Translations under genes and position numbers: made by a program
The notes under the pieces: model-generated
Database searches by the model: none
Told to the model about the DNA's origin: nothing
Seen by the model: only the letters and a program-made list of their open reading frames with translations
IMG/VR virus record: IMGVR_UViG_3300048576_000586
Span: 1-46,468 of that record
Reading direction: 5' to 3' (one strand)
Length of the DNA: 46,468 nucleotides
From: a virus
Lineage: Duplodnaviria; Caudoviricetes
Part shown: positions 44,501 to 46,468 of the stretch, one piece after another
Layout of the letters: the number at the start of each line of letters is the position of its first letter
Position numbering within the stretch: position 1 is the first letter of the stretch

Positions 44501-45184
44501 ATGTGCTTAAAACGATCGTTGCTTATCTGGGCGCTCACCGCTGGCCTCGGTATCTCGGCTGCCTCCTCCTGGGGGCAGGCCTCGCCCTCGGCTACATCTA
44601 CCTCAGCCCCGGAGGCGCCGGCCGTGCCCTCGCTGCAGCCAAGTCCGACAACCGCGACACCCTCGTCGCCCTCCATGTCGCCCGCGAGTCTACCGCCGTC
44701 GTTCTGGACGACCTGGTCCAGGCTCGGGATGGGCTTGCAACGGCAAATCGAGCTACAGACGCTGCAAGGGCAGACGCAGACCGGCTCCGAGGCCTTAACG
44801 CAGAGCGAGAGCGTCTTGATCGAGAGCGCCGCGAGCAACTCGCAAGCAGCCTCGAATGCGCTGGCTCAAACCTCGAGCAATATAACATCTGCGATAAGTT
44901 CCTCCGCGACTTCTTCGGCGGCGATCGATCAGGGGATTCAGGCGGCGGTAAAGACCGATAGCGATATCCTCCAGGCTCAGGCCGATATGCGGCGCCTGGG
45001 CCTCAAGGCGGGCCTATGGCGAGCCTTCGGCCTCTCGGGCGCCCTCGGCCTCGTCGGAGCCCTCGCGGGGCCTTCCCTGGGAACGGACGCTTTGCACGGC
45101 GCGGCATGGGGGGCGGCGGCGGGGGCGGCCGGGGGCGGGGTCTGGCTCGTCGTGGAACTCTGGCCGCGGAGGATACTCCCGTGA
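44501..45184 (+). CDS. Spanin-position protein B: signal peptide, Ser/Pro linker, coiled coil, C-terminal Gly-zipper
   Basis: ATG at 44501 after GGAGG; coupled (GTGA) to the next gene; no lipobox Cys. Confidence 0.55.
   Translation: MCLKRSLLIWALTAGLGISAASSWGQASPSATSTSAPEAPAVPSLQPSPTTATPSSPSMSPASLPPSFWTTWSRLGMGLQRQIELQTLQGQTQTGSEALTQSESVLIESAASNSQAASNALAQTSSNITSAISSSATSSAAIDQGIQAAVKTDSDILQAQADMRRLGLKAGLWRAFGLSGALGLVGALAGPSLGTDALHGAAWGAAAGAAGGGVWLVVELWPRRILP
44503..44961 (+). CDS. i-spanin (Rz)-like protein A
   Basis: GTG at 44503; N-terminal TM followed by a long Ala/Arg coiled coil with two C-terminal Cys. Confidence 0.6.
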   Translation: MLKTIVAYLGAHRWPRYLGCLLLGAGLALGYIYLSPGGAGRALAAAKSDNRDTLVALHVARESTAVVLDDLVQARDGLATANRATDAARADADRLRGLNAERERLDRERREQLASSLECAGSNLEQYNICDKFLRDFFGGDRSGDSGGGKDR

Positions 45185-45510
45185 AGCTCCCGCCCCTCCG
45201 GCCCGGCCAGTTCCCCGGCCTCGGGGCGACACACGTCTTCTGGTGTCCGGCCTGCAGGCATTTCCACTGGATCGATGGCCGATGGACGATCACGGGGAGC
45301 GAGGAGGCGCCGACGGTCCGGGCTTCAGTCCTCGTCAATCTGGACGGCGCCATGCGGCCGGATGGAAGCCGCGAGGTCATCCGACGCTGCCATCTCTTCG
45401 TCACGGACGGCCGCCTCGAGTACCTCGGGGACTGCACTCATGCGCTCGCCGGGAAGACCGTCGACATGATCGACCTGGACGAGGAGCTCGAGCCCATCAA
45501 CTTGCCTTAG
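45181..45510 (+). CDS. DUF6527-like Cys/His protein
   Basis: FWCPAC..FH...W...G....PT..ASVL...CHLFVTDG..EYLGDCTHALAGKTV. Confidence 0.7.
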   Translation: MKLPPLRPGQFPGLGATHVFWCPACRHFHWIDGRWTITGSEEAPTVRASVLVNLDGAMRPDGSREVIRRCHLFVTDGRLEYLGDCTHALAGKTVDMIDLDEELEPINLP

Positions 45511-45555
45511 GCTTCGCTACCTTAGGGCGCTCGTCGGGCGGCGTATGCCCGGACT

Positions 45556-45583
45556 GGCCGGGGTCCTCCTTCCCCGGCCTTTT
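45556..45583 (+). terminator. Rho-independent terminator ending the late operon
   Basis: GGCCGGGG-loop-CCCCGGCC followed by TTTT. Confidence 0.75.
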
Positions 45584-45788
45584 ATTGCAATGAATTGCTT
45601 GAAAAATGATTTGTTATTCTTTCCTGCATAAAAACTCTTTTTCTCTCCTTGACGTTTGTACGGCTCCCTACTATATCCTGTAAGGGAACAAGGATTATTA
45701 ACTTTTTTCCTACAGATTGATTATTGCAAAGGCGACGACCACAATATATAGTCGCCTCGGTTCTTTGAAATATTGCCCTTATGGGCAT

Positions 45789-45895
45789 AAAAAAGCCCGC
45801 AGAGAGCGCTAACTCTCCACGGGCCAAATCCCGGTCCTGCAAACCTAGGGATCCTCAACAAGGTGAATATTGCAACATGCCCGAATTTTCGTCAA
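45789..45895 (-). ncRNA. Candidate two-hairpin antisense sRNA with its own promoter
   Basis: Minus strand TTGACG (45895-45890)-17-CAATAT; stems ATCCC..GGGAT and GCCCG-GAGAG-TTAGCG-CTCTC-CGGGC followed by TTTTTT. Confidence 0.55.
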
Positions 45896-45976
45896 GAGAA
45901 AACGGGGCATGAACAGGTTTATATCTGGCAAATCACCAACCTAGTAAGCAGGCCCGTTAAACGGGAGGTGCTGCCT

Positions 45977-46189
45977 ATGGGCGCGCCACACTATTCTCGG
46001 GAAGAGCTCCTCGCGATCCTAGAGATCGAGAGACTCTTCGGACCCCTTACCTACCAGAAGCCTAGGGATGTAGAACAACTCTTCTACGATCTCACCGGCC
46101 GATGGAGAGCTTCGGGGTGTATCTACATGGCCTATTGGCGAATCAAGAAAGGGATGTATGAATCCCTTCTTGAAGGAGTAGCCGTATAG
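45977..46189 (+). CDS. Small hypothetical protein (70 aa)
   Basis: GGGAGGTG RBS, ATG at 45977, followed by a strong hairpin. Confidence 0.65.
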   Translation: MGAPHYSREELLAILEIERLFGPLTYQKPRDVEQLFYDLTGRWRASGCIYMAYWRIKKGMYESLLEGVAV

Positions 46190-46195
46190 GTCACG

Positions 46196-46229
46196 GAGGG
46201 GGCGCAGCTCGCAAGGGCTGCGCCCCCTC
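46196..46229. terminator. Hairpin between convergent genes
   Basis: GAGGGGGCGCAGC/GCTGCGCCCCCTC 13-bp stem with a GCAA-containing loop. Confidence 0.65.
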
Positions 46230-46468
46230 TATTGCTCGACGTCCGTGATGGTCAGGGTCAGATAGTAGTGATCATCCCGGGAGAACTCGACGGGGAAGTC
46301 GGCCGCTCCGGTCTTGAAGGCATCGAATATCTCCCGCCATTCATCGACGGATTGCGAAGTCGCCGTTTCCTGGACCTTCATCCGCTTCAGCCAGACCGCG
46401 AAGGCCGCGAAGCTCACGAGGTCGACGGTCTCGGGCGTGGCGGCCTCGATGTAGTAGTGGATGACCAT
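46229..46468 (-). CDS. Hypothetical protein at the window edge
   Basis: 79-aa ORF converging on the hairpin; could be phage or host. Confidence 0.55.
   Translation of the reverse strand: MVIHYYIEAATPETVDLVSFAAFAVWLKRMKVQETATSQSVDEWREIFDAFKTGAADFPVEFSRDDHYYLTLTITDVEQ

Larger units (their letters stand above)
1..46468. mobile_element. Temperate prophage, siphovirus-like (near complete)
   Basis: Integrase, repressor, replication, terminase, portal, capsid, tail, TMP and lysis modules in canonical order. No tail sheath gene recognised. att sites not visible. Confidence 0.93.

Noticed and set aside
45582-45842. Minus-strand 86-aa ORF
   Set aside because: Crosses a terminator hairpin and promoter-like AT-rich DNA; no RBS

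Overview
The window is essentially one temperate, GC-rich siphovirus-type prophage of about 46 kb, trimmed at gene boundaries (it starts at the integrase ATG and ends at the start codon of a minus-strand gene), so att sites are not visible. The host is probably a spirochaete, inferred from a spirochaetal-type lipobox and the SSB sequence style. Gene order: tyrosine integrase; AT-rich Ig-domain lipoprotein moron; immunity region (XRE repressor, divergent AbrB-like gene, BRO antirepressor, Xis-like HTH); first early operon (DUF1064 nuclease, two secreted SLT-like proteins, DUF5131, duplicated Zn-ribbon genes, SF2 helicase); a second switch (small RHH gene missing from the ORF track, with TAAAGC repeats) driving a recombination/replication operon (DUF4942-like, putative Rad52-like annealase, a 1277-aa SbcD-SbcC fusion, ASCH, SSB, iteron-containing initiator); packaging, head and non-contractile tail genes; an atypical lysis cassette; a small accessory end. 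Most notable: (i) a plasmid R1-like arrangement of antisense RNA plus coupled leader peptide in front of the replication initiator; (ii) two fully overlapping spanin-position genes starting 2 nt apart from one RBS; (iii) the Mre11-Rad50-type fusion; (iv) twin secreted SLT and Zn-ribbon paralogues; (v) a second antisense promoter-terminator unit near the right end. All family assignments come from motif recognition by eye, with no database searches.
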